From a virus (lineage: Duplodnaviria > Caudoviricetes), in IMG/VR virus record IMGVR_UViG_3300033148_004867, positions 1-49,043 of that record: 49,043 bases of DNA. One strand, written 5' to 3'. Both the position numbers and the translations under genes were made by a program. Positions within the stretch are counted from its first letter, which is position 1. Every line of letters starts with the position of its first letter. Under the pieces are notes generated by a model. The model searched no databases, was not told the DNA's origin, and saw nothing but the letters and a program-made list of their open reading frames with translations. Shown piece by piece: positions 8,029 through 18,082 of the stretch.

Positions 8029-8574
8029 ATGGAATGGCTGGAAAATATTTTAGAAACTCTACGGAACATTTTTCCGAGAACTTTTACTATCTTCCCTGAT
8101 GAAGCAGGTGTGCGGATTACTTTCGGGACAAGAGTAAAATCACTTGGGCCGGGATGGTATGTTTTTTGGCCGCCTATTCAGCATGTTGAAAAATTAAGTG
8201 TCATGCCACAGGCGGTTGATTTACGACCTCAAAGTGTTCATACTTCTGATGGTGTGGATATGGTTATCAGCGGGGCTATTTTGTATCGTATAAGTGATGC
8301 TAAAAAGGCTATCCTTAATGTTTTAGATTATGACCGAAGCCTACAGGTTTTAGCTCTTGGGGTTATTGCTGATTTTTTCATGGGAGAACATGAGATAGAC
8401 TGGAAAATCAATCTTGACAGCCTGCGAAACAGTATATTAACCGGCATACGTGAAGAAGCCGCAGGATTTGGTTTAAAAATAATGAAAGTTTTTATTACCG
8501 ATTTGGGTTGCACTAAAAATTTAAGGGTACTTGGGCGTGCAATAACTTATGAATCAGAATTTGAAGAAGAATGA
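8029..8574 (+). CDS. SPFH/band 7 (stomatin/prohibitin) domain protein
   Basis: EAGVRITFG..LGPG.Y..WP.I, Q.VHTSDG, I.YRI.D, FGLKI..V.ITD. Confidence 0.85.
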   Translation: MEWLENILETLRNIFPRTFTIFPDEAGVRITFGTRVKSLGPGWYVFWPPIQHVEKLSVMPQAVDLRPQSVHTSDGVDMVISGAILYRISDAKKAILNVLDYDRSLQVLALGVIADFFMGEHEIDWKINLDSLRNSILTGIREEAAGFGLKIMKVFITDLGCTKNLRVLGRAITYESEFEEE

Positions 8575-8930
8575 AAGGTGTAATAATGAATAATCACGTA
8601 TTTTCAAACGACAATGCGGGCCATACAGTTCCGGCACACCCCAATGTAGCCGACCCTGTAGCAGCAAGTGGCCAGACTTTGACTAATGCCTCTAAGGATG
8701 CTGATACTGAAGCAACTGTAGTTGCTGGTGCAACTTACGCATTGACAGCACAGGAAGTAGGCGGGTTTTATCTTGGCATTGCTGATGTAGAAACTGCTGC
8801 TAACATTATCTGGGCTTGTCCTGTCCGAGAAACGATTGTAATTACTATTCCAGAAGGAGTTACTACTTTACATTACGCTACCGATACAGCTAATGCTGTT
8901 GGGTATCTTCGGAGGTTATCGACACCATGA
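8571..8930 (+). CDS. Hypothetical Ala/Thr-rich beta protein
   Basis: Overlaps both neighbours by 4 nt; may start at MNNH. Confidence 0.65.
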   Translation: MKGVIMNNHVFSNDNAGHTVPAHPNVADPVAASGQTLTNASKDADTEATVVAGATYALTAQEVGGFYLGIADVETAANIIWACPVRETIVITIPEGVTTLHYATDTANAVGYLRRLSTP

Positions 8931-9694
8931 TAAAAAAGCGTAGTTCAGAATCAAGGTCTTTATTAGTTGTATTGTTGTTATTATTTGCCCTAACAGGACT
9001 TATGGGGCTTCACATGGCAGTATTGCATCCTGCACAACCGCCTGTCCAAATAATTGTAAACCCTCCGGCTGAAGTTTTTCAGCTTGACGCTGTTATAAAA
9101 TCAATAGTAACTATTGAGATTGATGGCTATCATACTGGGTCAGGATTTATAGTTGATGATTCTGGCTTGATAATTACAGCCCGACACGTTGTGGATAGGC
9201 CAGGAAAGTATACAGTCGTATTTGCAGATGGTGCTAAACGCAAAGTTCGGGGTATTAGGATGAGTGAAGTATCCGATTGTGCGGTACTGTCGGTATCACG
9301 CAAGAATATCCAGGCCTTGAAAAGGACTGCTGATATTTATGTAACGCAATCGATTTTTGTTATTGGAACACCGTTTAATACAAAATTTACTAATTATGTT
9401 ACTGCTGGCGTTATTTCAAAAATAGGAGTATATGAAAGTTTTTTCTGCGATACTCCTTTGATAATGGTAGATGCGGATGGTAATCCTGGTAATAGCGGCG
9501 GCCCTGTGTTGAACGCAAAAGGTGAAGTTATAGGTATTCTTATTGGTGGTTTTGGACAAGGAATAGGTATCAATTATGTGGTTTCTTCGATGGATTTTGT
9601 CGATTTGCTCGAAGGTTGGGTGGATGAAGGCGAAAATTGGGACGAACAGTGGGGAGCGTGGTCAGAATATTCAGAATGGGAAGAAGAATTCTAA
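8927..9694 (+). CDS. Membrane-anchored trypsin-like (S1, HtrA-type core) serine protease
   Basis: N-terminal hydrophobic helix; GSGF, TARHVV (His), DCAVL (Asp), GNSGGP (Ser); no PDZ domain. Confidence 0.92.
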   Translation: MIKKRSSESRSLLVVLLLLFALTGLMGLHMAVLHPAQPPVQIIVNPPAEVFQLDAVIKSIVTIEIDGYHTGSGFIVDDSGLIITARHVVDRPGKYTVVFADGAKRKVRGIRMSEVSDCAVLSVSRKNIQALKRTADIYVTQSIFVIGTPFNTKFTNYVTAGVISKIGVYESFFCDTPLIMVDADGNPGNSGGPVLNAKGEVIGILIGGFGQGIGINYVVSSMDFVDLLEGWVDEGENWDEQWGAWSEYSEWEEEF

Positions 9695-9854
9695 GCCTTC
9701 TGCTTACCAGATGCGTATAACTATTGCCCTTCTTCAGGAAAAACTTGAAAAGCGGCATTTACAGGATGTATATGACAGATTCGACCTTGAATGTACCAAA
9801 CGTGAGAAAGACTACTGGAAAGAAATGTATGAAAACCTCCGCCGTAAAAAATAA
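9624..9854 (+). CDS. Possible small hypothetical protein
   Basis: Fills the gap between the protease and NinG genes; start uncertain. Confidence 0.35.
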   Translation: MKAKIGTNSGERGQNIQNGKKNSKPSAYQMRITIALLQEKLEKRHLQDVYDRFDLECTKREKDYWKEMYENLRRKK

Positions 9855-10314
9855 AAAGAAGAAAAAGAAAAAGAAAAAGGCTAAGCGTAAAGCAACCAAA
9901 CAGCCTACAATTACAGGCATGAAAAAGAAGTTGTGGGCTGTCTTTTCTAAATATATTAGGATGAGGGATTGTTTAGAAGTTACAAAAACTTTAACAAGTG
10001 GCAAATGTTGTACCTGTGGACGAAGCTACCCTATAAGTAAGTTACAGGCCGGTCATTTTATCCCCGGTCGGGCAGATTCAATTTTATTTGAGCCTACTTG
10101 TGTACATTCACAATGTTATCGATGTAATGTCTTGCGACAAGGCGAGTGGGTAAAATATTTTAGGTATATGGAAAGAAAGTATGGGTTAGGGCATATCAAT
10201 AGGCTAATGACACTAAGTGAGGAAGAACGAGAAATTACTCCTGAATGGGCAGCTATAGCTTTGAATTATTACCAAGAACAGATTTTAAAAATGGAGGCTG
10301 AGCATGGCCGATAA
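9829..10314 (+). CDS. ninG: NinG/Rap-like endonuclease
   Basis: FSKYIRMRD, CCTCG, QAGHFI, VHSQCYRCN; start uncertain. Confidence 0.85.
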   Translation: MKTSAVKNKKKKKKKKKAKRKATKQPTITGMKKKLWAVFSKYIRMRDCLEVTKTLTSGKCCTCGRSYPISKLQAGHFIPGRADSILFEPTCVHSQCYRCNVLRQGEWVKYFRYMERKYGLGHINRLMTLSEEEREITPEWAAIALNYYQEQILKMEAEHGR

Positions 10315-10726
10315 AAATAAATCAGAATCGTCATCTGAATTTGAGAAACAAAAAAAGCAGAATACCTTAATCGGCGACAAAATCCGAGCCGGGACATTAT
10401 TATCTTCTTACCTTCGTCGAATCGCACAGGAAGAAACTGAACTGGTTAAAGCTCCTGACGGCGAGCGTATGGGCACGAAGGCCGAGGCATTAGCCCGATT
10501 GATGTTTAAATTAGCTCTTGGCTATAGAGAAGAGGATGTAAAGACAGGCATTGAAAAAATTGTAGGGCCTGACCGTGGGATGATTCAATTGATTTGGGAC
10601 CGGATAGAAGGTCGTGCTGCAATGACGAATGATAATCTAAGAAAAAGACGGAAGCTCCCGGCAAAAGTATCTGATGCGAATAAGCAACGGCTGAATGATA
10701 TGTTAAGGAAGAAGGATGTTAACTGA
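10304..10726 (+). CDS. Probable terminase small subunit
   Basis: 140-aa helical protein overlapping the start of terL; position-based call. Confidence 0.55.
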   Translation: MADKNKSESSSEFEKQKKQNTLIGDKIRAGTLLSSYLRRIAQEETELVKAPDGERMGTKAEALARLMFKLALGYREEDVKTGIEKIVGPDRGMIQLIWDRIEGRAAMTNDNLRKRRKLPAKVSDANKQRLNDMLRKKDVN

Positions 10727-12638
10727 CACCTATAAGCCGACTTTAAAAGAGCCGTTTCCATTAGGCAATCAATATTGGACTTGTCCAAAGACAGGCTTGA
10801 TTGTTCCTAAGTTTGAAGATGAAAATCGAGCGTGGAGGCAAGAATTACTCCTTCAAGCCGAGCACGATACGATTCTTCAGGCCGATTTACTTGCAGCTTG
10901 TGCAGAGTCATTACTTTATTGGGTCAATGCTTTTGTTTGGACTTACCATCAATTTGACGTAGACCCTTTAACTGGTAAGCGGATTGAATCTTTAAGCCCG
11001 CATGTACCATTTATCACCTGGGAAATACAGGATGAACTTTTTAATACCTTTGAGCATCATTTGGCAAAAGCTCTTGACTTATTGATTTCTAAATGCAGGG
11101 ATATGGGAGCTTCATGGTGTTGTGTTATATTTTTACATTGGCTGTGGTTGTTCCATCCTAAGGGGCCACAGTTATTAGAAATGTCCCGTACACGGGAATA
11201 TGTAGACCAAACTGGAAACCACAAGGCATTATTTCAAAAGCATGATAAAATAAATGAATGGCTTCCAGCTTGGATGTTGCCACCCGATTGTTTGCCCGGC
11301 GGTAAATATCGGACTAAGATGCACATGCATAATGTTTTAACCGGGGCTACGATTGATGGCGAATCTACTACTAAGCATGCTGGTTCTGGAGATAGACGGT
11401 TAATAGCGTTACTTGATGAATTTTCTAAAGTAGAATTCGGTAGCGAGATGCGGTCGGCTACACGAGACGTGGCTTTGATGAGAATTGTAAATTCTACCCC
11501 GGCAGGTGCGGGTACAGAATATAGCCGATGGAAACGGTCCGGGCAGGTAAAAGTTTTTCACATGCCGTTTTGGGAGCATCCTGAAAAAGGGGCTGGTCGG
11601 CATGTTGTTGAAAAAGAGAATGGTGGCTGGGAAATCAGGTCTCCATGGTTTGATGTCGAAGAATCAGTAAGAAGTCCGAAAGAATTAGCTCAAGAAATTT
11701 TAGCTGAAGATATTGAATCAGGGGATGTATTTTTTACTTTAAGTAATTTTGAAAAGCACAAAGCCCTGTTTGCTTGCGACCCGATTTCTCGATTTAATAT
11801 AAATTTGAAATCAGACATATCGAATGAACAGGTTAGTAACTATATTAAATCAAGGAGATATGACTGTGTTAATATTCATCGTAGTATGAATGGCCCATTA
11901 CGTGTATGGACTCATCTTTTAATGGGCAGGCCGGACCAGTCAAAATCTTATCGGCTCGGTATAGATGTTAGTAAAGGTCAGGGAGCTTCTAATTCTGTTA
12001 TCTCTGTTAAATGTAGAGAGACTGGAGAAAAAATCGCAGAGTGGCGAGATGCTAACACTCCAGCCTATGAATTTGCACGGGTAGCGGTAGCTGTTGCTTT
12101 ATGGTGTGGCGGGAAACTTCCGCATAGATTACCGTTTATGAAATGGGAAATGAATGGCCCTGGTTGGGATTTTGGTCGTATGATGGTAGTTATATTTGGC
12201 TACCCGCATTATTATAAAAGAAGAACGGCAGGGCAGGTTGACGATAAAGAAACAAAAAAGTATGGCTGGCATTCAAGTCCTGATGCTAAGAATGAATTAC
12301 TAATGTTGTATGATAGAGTCATGGCACATGGTGGATATATAAATCATTCTGAGTTTGCTTTAGATGAGGCGTTTTATTATATCCATTATACGGGTGGCGG
12401 TATCGGCCCGGCTACATTAGTACAAGAAAGTTCGGCTGCCAGAAAGACTCATGGAGATTGTGTTATAGCTGATGCCTTGACACTTGAAGAAGGCAAAACT
12501 ACTTTATTAACACAAAAGTCAAAAGACATACTACCACCTCCAGGTTCTTTTGGCTATAGGATGCAAAGGAAGTTAAAGAAGCGTAAAAATGCAAAGAAAA
12601 AAACGTGGAAACACAGTTTTGATTTTCGGGATAACTAA
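10716..12638 (+). CDS. terL: Terminase large subunit
   Basis: KCRDMGASW (Walker A variant), LLDEF (Walker B), NSTP, LGIDVSKG and HGDCVIADAL nuclease aspartates. Confidence 0.92.
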   Translation: MLTDTYKPTLKEPFPLGNQYWTCPKTGLIVPKFEDENRAWRQELLLQAEHDTILQADLLAACAESLLYWVNAFVWTYHQFDVDPLTGKRIESLSPHVPFITWEIQDELFNTFEHHLAKALDLLISKCRDMGASWCCVIFLHWLWLFHPKGPQLLEMSRTREYVDQTGNHKALFQKHDKINEWLPAWMLPPDCLPGGKYRTKMHMHNVLTGATIDGESTTKHAGSGDRRLIALLDEFSKVEFGSEMRSATRDVALMRIVNSTPAGAGTEYSRWKRSGQVKVFHMPFWEHPEKGAGRHVVEKENGGWEIRSPWFDVEESVRSPKELAQEILAEDIESGDVFFTLSNFEKHKALFACDPISRFNINLKSDISNEQVSNYIKSRRYDCVNIHRSMNGPLRVWTHLLMGRPDQSKSYRLGIDVSKGQGASNSVISVKCRETGEKIAEWRDANTPAYEFARVAVAVALWCGGKLPHRLPFMKWEMNGPGWDFGRMMVVIFGYPHYYKRRTAGQVDDKETKKYGWHSSPDAKNELLMLYDRVMAHGGYINHSEFALDEAFYYIHYTGGGIGPATLVQESSAARKTHGDCVIADALTLEEGKTTLLTQKSKDILPPPGSFGYRMQRKLKKRKNAKKKTWKHSFDFRDN

Positions 12639-12640
12639 TT

Positions 12641-14470
12641 ATGGCTGATGTAGTAAATAAAGTAACGCCTCAAAAGGTTCAAGAAATTGTTAAAACCGGC
12701 TTTGACCGTATGCAGACTTATCGGCAGGCCAGAGCTATGTTTATAAAGGCTTATGTCGGACAGTATTATAGTAAACAGTTTGGTCAGACAGGAGAACAGC
12801 CGATTAACTTGTTATACTCAGCTATACGTGCGATTGTTCCGACGATTGTAAGTAGAAACCCACGTAATAAAGTTACTACGAGTCATTTGGCATATAAAGA
12901 ATATGCTGAACTACAGTCATTAGCCTTGGATAAGATTGCTCAGCGTGTTAATTTGAAAGAGATTCTACGTGCGTGGGTAGTATCTGCAATGTTTGGTCTG
13001 GGCATTGTTAAAACTGGTATATCTGCCAGTGGTAATGGCATACTTATTGATAATCAAGTTATAGACCCTGGGGATATTTATGTATCTTTAGTAGACCTTG
13101 ATGACTTTGTTATAGACCCATTATGTAAGAGTATCAAGGAATCTTCGTTTTTAGGCAATTTAGTATCAGTGCCACGACAATTTCTGTTAGATAATGATTT
13201 ATATAATCATGACCTCGTAACAAGGCTACCATCAGCTACGGCATTAACTAATGGTAAACGGGCCACAGCGGATTTATCACGGCAACACGGTGGCGTTTTT
13301 GCTATGAAAGATTTACAGGATTTAGTAAACGTAATAGAATTATGGGTTCCAGACGCAAATGCTTTAGTTACTATTCCCGACCCACGTGAAGTTACTTTTC
13401 CTAAATATCTTGGCATTACTGATTATTATGGCCCAAAAACCGGACCTTATCGGTTTTTAAGTTTTACACCACCTGTCGAAAGTAATCCTTTGCCGGTTGC
13501 TCCGGTTAGTATGACTTATGACTTACACAATGCCGGGAATCGAACCTTTACTAAAATTTTGGACCAGGCCGAAAATCAAAAAGACATTTTATTATATCGG
13601 CCATCACATGCTGACGTTGCCCAGGATATTTTAGATGTAAGCGACCAGGATTCAGCAGTGGCTACTGACGACCCGAATGCAGCTAAAACTGTATCCTTTG
13701 GTGGGCAGAATCAAGGGAACGTAGCAATGCTACAACAGATACAGGTGTGGTTTAATTATATGGCCGGAAATCCTGACCAATTATCTGGTGCAAGAAGTGA
13801 TGCTGAAACTGCTACACAGGCGAATATACTACAAAGTAATGCTATGATTTCAATTGAGGATGCAAGGGACTTATTATATGATGGCACAGCAGGTATAAGT
13901 CATGACTGTGCTTGGTATTTACACCATGACCCAATGCTTGATATGGTCCTTGCTCGTAGAAGGCCTGGCATGGAAGATGAACAAATAGTTCTTACCCCAG
14001 AGCAACGTAGAGGCGACGTTGAAGATTTTGTTTATAAAATTGTAGCAAAATCGATGACCCGATTAGACCCTGCCCTTCGGTCTAAACGTTTAATGGAGTT
14101 TTTAACTAATGCGGTCCCGGCTATGGCAAATTCAGCAATGATAATGATGCAAATAGGCATGCCGTATAATTTACAGCGTGCTATCCTTATGGCTGCTAAT
14201 GAATTAGAAATCGGCGACGAAATGCAGGAAGTTTTTGAGGACCCTGAATTTCAACAAAAATTAGAGATGTATTTAATGTTACATCAAGGTGGCGGTGGCT
14301 CTGGAGTAGGGGGCACGCCCGGTTCCACCCGTAAAGCTGGGCCGATGAGTTCACAAGGTATAATGCAGAATAATGGTTTTCCAATGAAGCGGGACATTAC
14401 CAGTCCTGAACAAGACGCAAACGCAGCGGCTCAAAGTGGAGCACCGCAAGCAGGACAGGGAATATTTTAA
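12641..14470 (+). CDS. Portal protein
   Basis: 609 aa directly after terL; G..K.G, DFVIDP and TATQA motifs, Gln-rich tail. Confidence 0.85.
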   Translation: MADVVNKVTPQKVQEIVKTGFDRMQTYRQARAMFIKAYVGQYYSKQFGQTGEQPINLLYSAIRAIVPTIVSRNPRNKVTTSHLAYKEYAELQSLALDKIAQRVNLKEILRAWVVSAMFGLGIVKTGISASGNGILIDNQVIDPGDIYVSLVDLDDFVIDPLCKSIKESSFLGNLVSVPRQFLLDNDLYNHDLVTRLPSATALTNGKRATADLSRQHGGVFAMKDLQDLVNVIELWVPDANALVTIPDPREVTFPKYLGITDYYGPKTGPYRFLSFTPPVESNPLPVAPVSMTYDLHNAGNRTFTKILDQAENQKDILLYRPSHADVAQDILDVSDQDSAVATDDPNAAKTVSFGGQNQGNVAMLQQIQVWFNYMAGNPDQLSGARSDAETATQANILQSNAMISIEDARDLLYDGTAGISHDCAWYLHHDPMLDMVLARRRPGMEDEQIVLTPEQRRGDVEDFVYKIVAKSMTRLDPALRSKRLMEFLTNAVPAMANSAMIMMQIGMPYNLQRAILMAANELEIGDEMQEVFEDPEFQQKLEMYLMLHQGGGGSGVGGTPGSTRKAGPMSSQGIMQNNGFPMKRDITSPEQDANAAAQSGAPQAGQGIF

Positions 14471-14679
14471 TGCCAAAGGCTTTTAATGAATTAGTTAAAA
14501 AGGGAGCAAGGATTCGCACTAAGCAATTATCGCACGGTAGGTATGTTCATATTGCCTATTTAAATGGTAAATCAGCTGTGGGCCATGTAAAAAAGAAAAA
14601 AGAGAAAGAATCATGGGCTACTAAGTTAAAAAGAAATGTTAAAAAAGAGTTAGCGTCCCAAAAGAAAAAGAAAAAATGA
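14470..14679 (+). CDS. Small basic protein
   Basis: TAATG coupling to the portal gene. Confidence 0.6.
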   Translation: MPKAFNELVKKGARIRTKQLSHGRYVHIAYLNGKSAVGHVKKKKEKESWATKLKRNVKKELASQKKKKK

Positions 14680-14909
14680 AAGGGCTAATGGTGGCAAAAA
14701 AAGAACAAATAGGTGGCTTTGATAAGTGGGAAGTTGAGAATGCCTATAGAACATTGGTTGAGGCGAGAGAGATTCTTAATGACGAAAAGAAAACGGCAGC
14801 AGTTAAGATTTATGCTAAGAAGGCCCAGGAAGCTGCTGCTGAAGTTTCTGCCGAATTAAAATTGGAAAAAACTGTTAGTAAAAAAATGAAACGTATGTTT
14901 GAGAAGTAA
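14676..14909 (+). CDS. Hypothetical protein
   Basis: Operon packing. Confidence 0.6.
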   Translation: MKGLMVAKKEQIGGFDKWEVENAYRTLVEAREILNDEKKTAAVKIYAKKAQEAAAEVSAELKLEKTVSKKMKRMFEK

Positions 14910-14919
14910 GGAGCTTAAA

Positions 14920-15393
14920 ATGAAAAAGTTGAAGAGTGTGCTGATTATACTGCTATGTATGGTAGTATTAGCTGTCATTGGATGTAGGAGCCTTATGGAC
15001 GAGCTTACCCCTATTAAAATAGATGAGCGGGCAATGGAATATGCCGGGGTTGAAAAAGAGTCGCTTGGCTTTATTTCACTTGCCGATGCCGAGTACCTGC
15101 GAACAGAAATAATTATTAAACATCGAGACGGTCAATTAAATCTAAAACGGATAGCTCAGGATGATAAGATAAAATACCAAGATGCCCTTGGTTTTATAGA
15201 CGCTAATATTGATGAAGCCAGGGTATTGCAAGGAATTCTTGTTGGCAATGAGGATAATCCTTATAGCCTGTTAGGATTGCTGGCTCCGATGGGTATTGCT
15301 GGTTTAGTTGGCAGACAATACTTTAGACGGCCCGGCGATTATACACCGGAAGAAGTTGAAGTGGCTATCAATAAGGCAAAGTTGGAGAGCTAA
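14920..15393 (+). CDS. Lipoprotein with C-terminal hydrophobic segment (candidate unimolecular spanin)
   Basis: AAGGAG RBS; MKKLK, hydrophobic core, VIG-C lipobox; LLGLLAPMGIAGLVG followed by RQYFRR. Confidence 0.6.
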   Translation: MKKLKSVLIILLCMVVLAVIGCRSLMDELTPIKIDERAMEYAGVEKESLGFISLADAEYLRTEIIIKHRDGQLNLKRIAQDDKIKYQDALGFIDANIDEARVLQGILVGNEDNPYSLLGLLAPMGIAGLVGRQYFRRPGDYTPEEVEVAINKAKLES

Positions 15394-15394
15394 G

Positions 15395-15748
15395 ATGTTT
15401 ATAACTGCATGTCTTAAATGCTATGACGGCAAGAAGGGTAAAATAACCGGCATTAATCGAATAGATGAAGATGAACCAATCTGCCCTGAATGTGGCAGCC
15501 CACAGTATCTTGTTTATACGAATAGAAACTATGGTGGGTGTAGCGGAGATTATAAATTGACTTCGGCATCGTTAGCTATAAGTCCATCACAAATAAAGGC
15601 ACATAAGAAATTGTTTCCAGATGTTGAAGTTCTTCCTGACGGGCAATTACAATTTACTTCGTTTCGTAGTCATGACAGATACTTAGAAAAAACAGGGCAT
15701 GTTAAGCTGCCCCAAAAAAAGAAAACTAAAGGCAAAATTATTGCATAA
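15395..15748 (+). CDS. Zinc-ribbon protein (FmdB-like)
   Basis: CLKC...CPECGS; GGAG RBS; lies between portal and scaffold. Confidence 0.6.
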   Translation: MFITACLKCYDGKKGKITGINRIDEDEPICPECGSPQYLVYTNRNYGGCSGDYKLTSASLAISPSQIKAHKKLFPDVEVLPDGQLQFTSFRSHDRYLEKTGHVKLPQKKKTKGKIIA

Positions 15749-15820
15749 GTTAATTAGTTACCTAATAGCTACTGGTAGTTACAAAAGTAATTGCCTCTAA
15801 CCCTAATGAAAGGTAAAATA

Positions 15821-16888
15821 ATGAGTAAACCAGTTGAAAAAACAGAAGTCGAATTAGATACGAAAGAGGAAAGTCTGCTTGACGAAACGCAAACACGCCT
15901 TGATAGTATCTTTGGCGACGAAGAAGGCGAGCAGGCAGAACAGGTCAGTTCTACCCCTGAAAATGAACCTGAGGATGAATCTGAGGACAAATCTAAAGAT
16001 GAGCCTGAAGATGAATCTGAAACAGAAGAAGAAGAAAATCAGGCAGAACAAACTGATTCTACCCCTGCGGACGAGCCAGAAACTGGGAAAGAAAGCACAG
16101 AGGAAGTGTCGCTGTCCGATGCAGCTTATCGTGCAGCGATTCATCAAGGATGGAAACCTGATGAAATAAAGGAGTTTTTTGAAGCGTCGCCTGAATTAGC
16201 AATACGGACGTTTAGTAAGATACAAGAGTCGACAACTAAGCTATCAAACGATTTTGCTAATATCGGTCGGGCTAAGATGAAGTCAGCTAATAAACCTGCC
16301 GATTCTCAGCCTGCTGATACTGCTAAAAAAGTTGACCTTGATGCTTTGAAAGAAGAGTATGGAGCGGATAGTAGCGTAGTTAAAGCTATTGAGGCTTTAC
16401 AGGCTTCAATACCAGTAAATACTATTCCGTCTGGAGTTACTACTCAAGCTCAGCCACAGGATACACAACCTGCACTTGACCCAAGGGTAGAAGTTATGGT
16501 CAATCAGTTCTTTACTTCCGATGCTTTAAAGCCTTATGAAGATTTTTATGGTAAAGGCAAAGACGTTAATAATTTGACGTTACAGCAAAATAAAAATCGT
16601 TGGGCTGTCTTGGATAAAGCTGATGAGATTATAGTAGGAGCGGCAGAAATGGGCCGCCCTGTTACAGTCGATGAAGCTATGGATATGGCTCATTTATTAG
16701 TAAGTGCTGACGTACAAAAGCAAGCAGTAAGGGCTGAACTTAAAGCAAAAATAGTAAAACGTTCAAAAGGGCTATCGTTAAAACCGGCAAAAAATAAGGG
16801 AGTAGCACCGGCCAAGGATGAAAAAGCTACTGCCGCAGATTTAGAAACAAAAGTACAAACAAAAATGGAAAAGATTGGACTGTTGTAA
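15821..16888 (+). CDS. Capsid scaffolding protein
   Basis: Very acidic N-terminus, helical, immediately upstream of the capsid gene. Confidence 0.75.
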   Translation: MSKPVEKTEVELDTKEESLLDETQTRLDSIFGDEEGEQAEQVSSTPENEPEDESEDKSKDEPEDESETEEEENQAEQTDSTPADEPETGKESTEEVSLSDAAYRAAIHQGWKPDEIKEFFEASPELAIRTFSKIQESTTKLSNDFANIGRAKMKSANKPADSQPADTAKKVDLDALKEEYGADSSVVKAIEALQASIPVNTIPSGVTTQAQPQDTQPALDPRVEVMVNQFFTSDALKPYEDFYGKGKDVNNLTLQQNKNRWAVLDKADEIIVGAAEMGRPVTVDEAMDMAHLLVSADVQKQAVRAELKAKIVKRSKGLSLKPAKNKGVAPAKDEKATAADLETKVQTKMEKIGLL

Positions 16889-16908
16889 GTTTGAAAGGAT
16901 AAAACACT

Positions 16909-17994
16909 ATGGGAGTAAAAAATAGTGAATTAGTTGATTTGATAGCCATTACTTTAAACGACCTGCCAAAACAGGAATTTGAAGTACAATGGACTAATAA
17001 CGACTATGAGTTCTGTCGTATTTATCAGACTGAACGAATGGTTGTTGATGGCGGGCCAAATATTGAGCGTAAGGTAATGCTGGATAATACCGGCAATGCC
17101 AGGTATCGTCGGTCTTTTGACACTGATACACCCACTGTTGGTGATGTCATGCATACGATTAAGGTTCCGTGGACTCAAATCGGAACAAATTATTCGTGGG
17201 ATAAATTTGAGATATTGCAGAATAAGTCAGCGAAAGGCTTTATTAAGCTCATGAAGGTTAGGCGTATTGACGGCCTATGGTCTTTAGCCGACCTTATTGA
17301 ACAGCGGGCTTGGTTAACCCCGACAAGTGCATCTGATGATTTATATCCTAACGGTGTTCCGTATTATTTGAAAGTTAAAAATGCGGCAGGTAGCGTTAAT
17401 TCTACTTCTGGTTTTGTTGGTGCGACTATTGATTATCAGGATGGCACGACTGGAACGATTTGTTCCGGTATTGACGCATCTTCTGAATCTAAATGGCGTA
17501 ACTATGCTGCACTTTATACGGAAATTAACAATGCGATGTTGAAAAGTTTCCGATTGGCATTTATGTATACTAAGTTTAAAGCACCGTTATTTGTTAATGA
17601 CCCACAGGATAAAAGACGTGCTCAGAAGAGAGTTTATACCGACCACGATACAGCTGCTCAGCTTATGGATTTTGCCGACCAGAGAGATGACAACCATTCT
17701 GGTAAAGACATCTTAGGTAATCTTAGAGTTGATGACGGAGGCTTAGTTACAATTAACAGATTGCCGGTTGTTGCAGTCAATGAACTGGATAATGCAAGTT
17801 ATACTCCGATTTATTGTATTGACTTTGCTAAGTTTATCCCGTATGTTCATGAAGGTTACTGGATGGATGAAGGCGAACCCGTATCGGGTGGCAATGCTCA
17901 GCATACCACATTTACAGTATTTTTGGATGGAGCACATAATAACCTGTGCTTGAATCTAAGAACATGTGGGTTCGTTTTGCACAAAGCCTCTTAA
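16909..17994 (+). CDS. Major capsid protein
   Basis: 361 aa; GG..IE, W.Q...NYS..E..QN pattern of podoviral HK97-fold capsids; strong RBS; followed by a hairpin. Confidence 0.85.
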   Translation: MGVKNSELVDLIAITLNDLPKQEFEVQWTNNDYEFCRIYQTERMVVDGGPNIERKVMLDNTGNARYRRSFDTDTPTVGDVMHTIKVPWTQIGTNYSWDKFEILQNKSAKGFIKLMKVRRIDGLWSLADLIEQRAWLTPTSASDDLYPNGVPYYLKVKNAAGSVNSTSGFVGATIDYQDGTTGTICSGIDASSESKWRNYAALYTEINNAMLKSFRLAFMYTKFKAPLFVNDPQDKRRAQKRVYTDHDTAAQLMDFADQRDDNHSGKDILGNLRVDDGGLVTINRLPVVAVNELDNASYTPIYCIDFAKFIPYVHEGYWMDEGEPVSGGNAQHTTFTVFLDGAHNNLCLNLRTCGFVLHKAS

Positions 17995-18008
17995 TTAGTT
18001 TAAATAGC

Positions 18009-18033
18009 CCTGGAGAGCAGCGTGCTCTCCAGG
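18009..18033 (+). terminator. Hairpin after the capsid gene
   Basis: 11-bp stem CCTGGAGAGCA/TGCTCTCCAGG; weak U tract. Confidence 0.6.
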
Positions 18034-18082
18034 TTAAAATTTCTTAGATGACCCCTATATGTAGGGGATAAGGAGTAAATAA

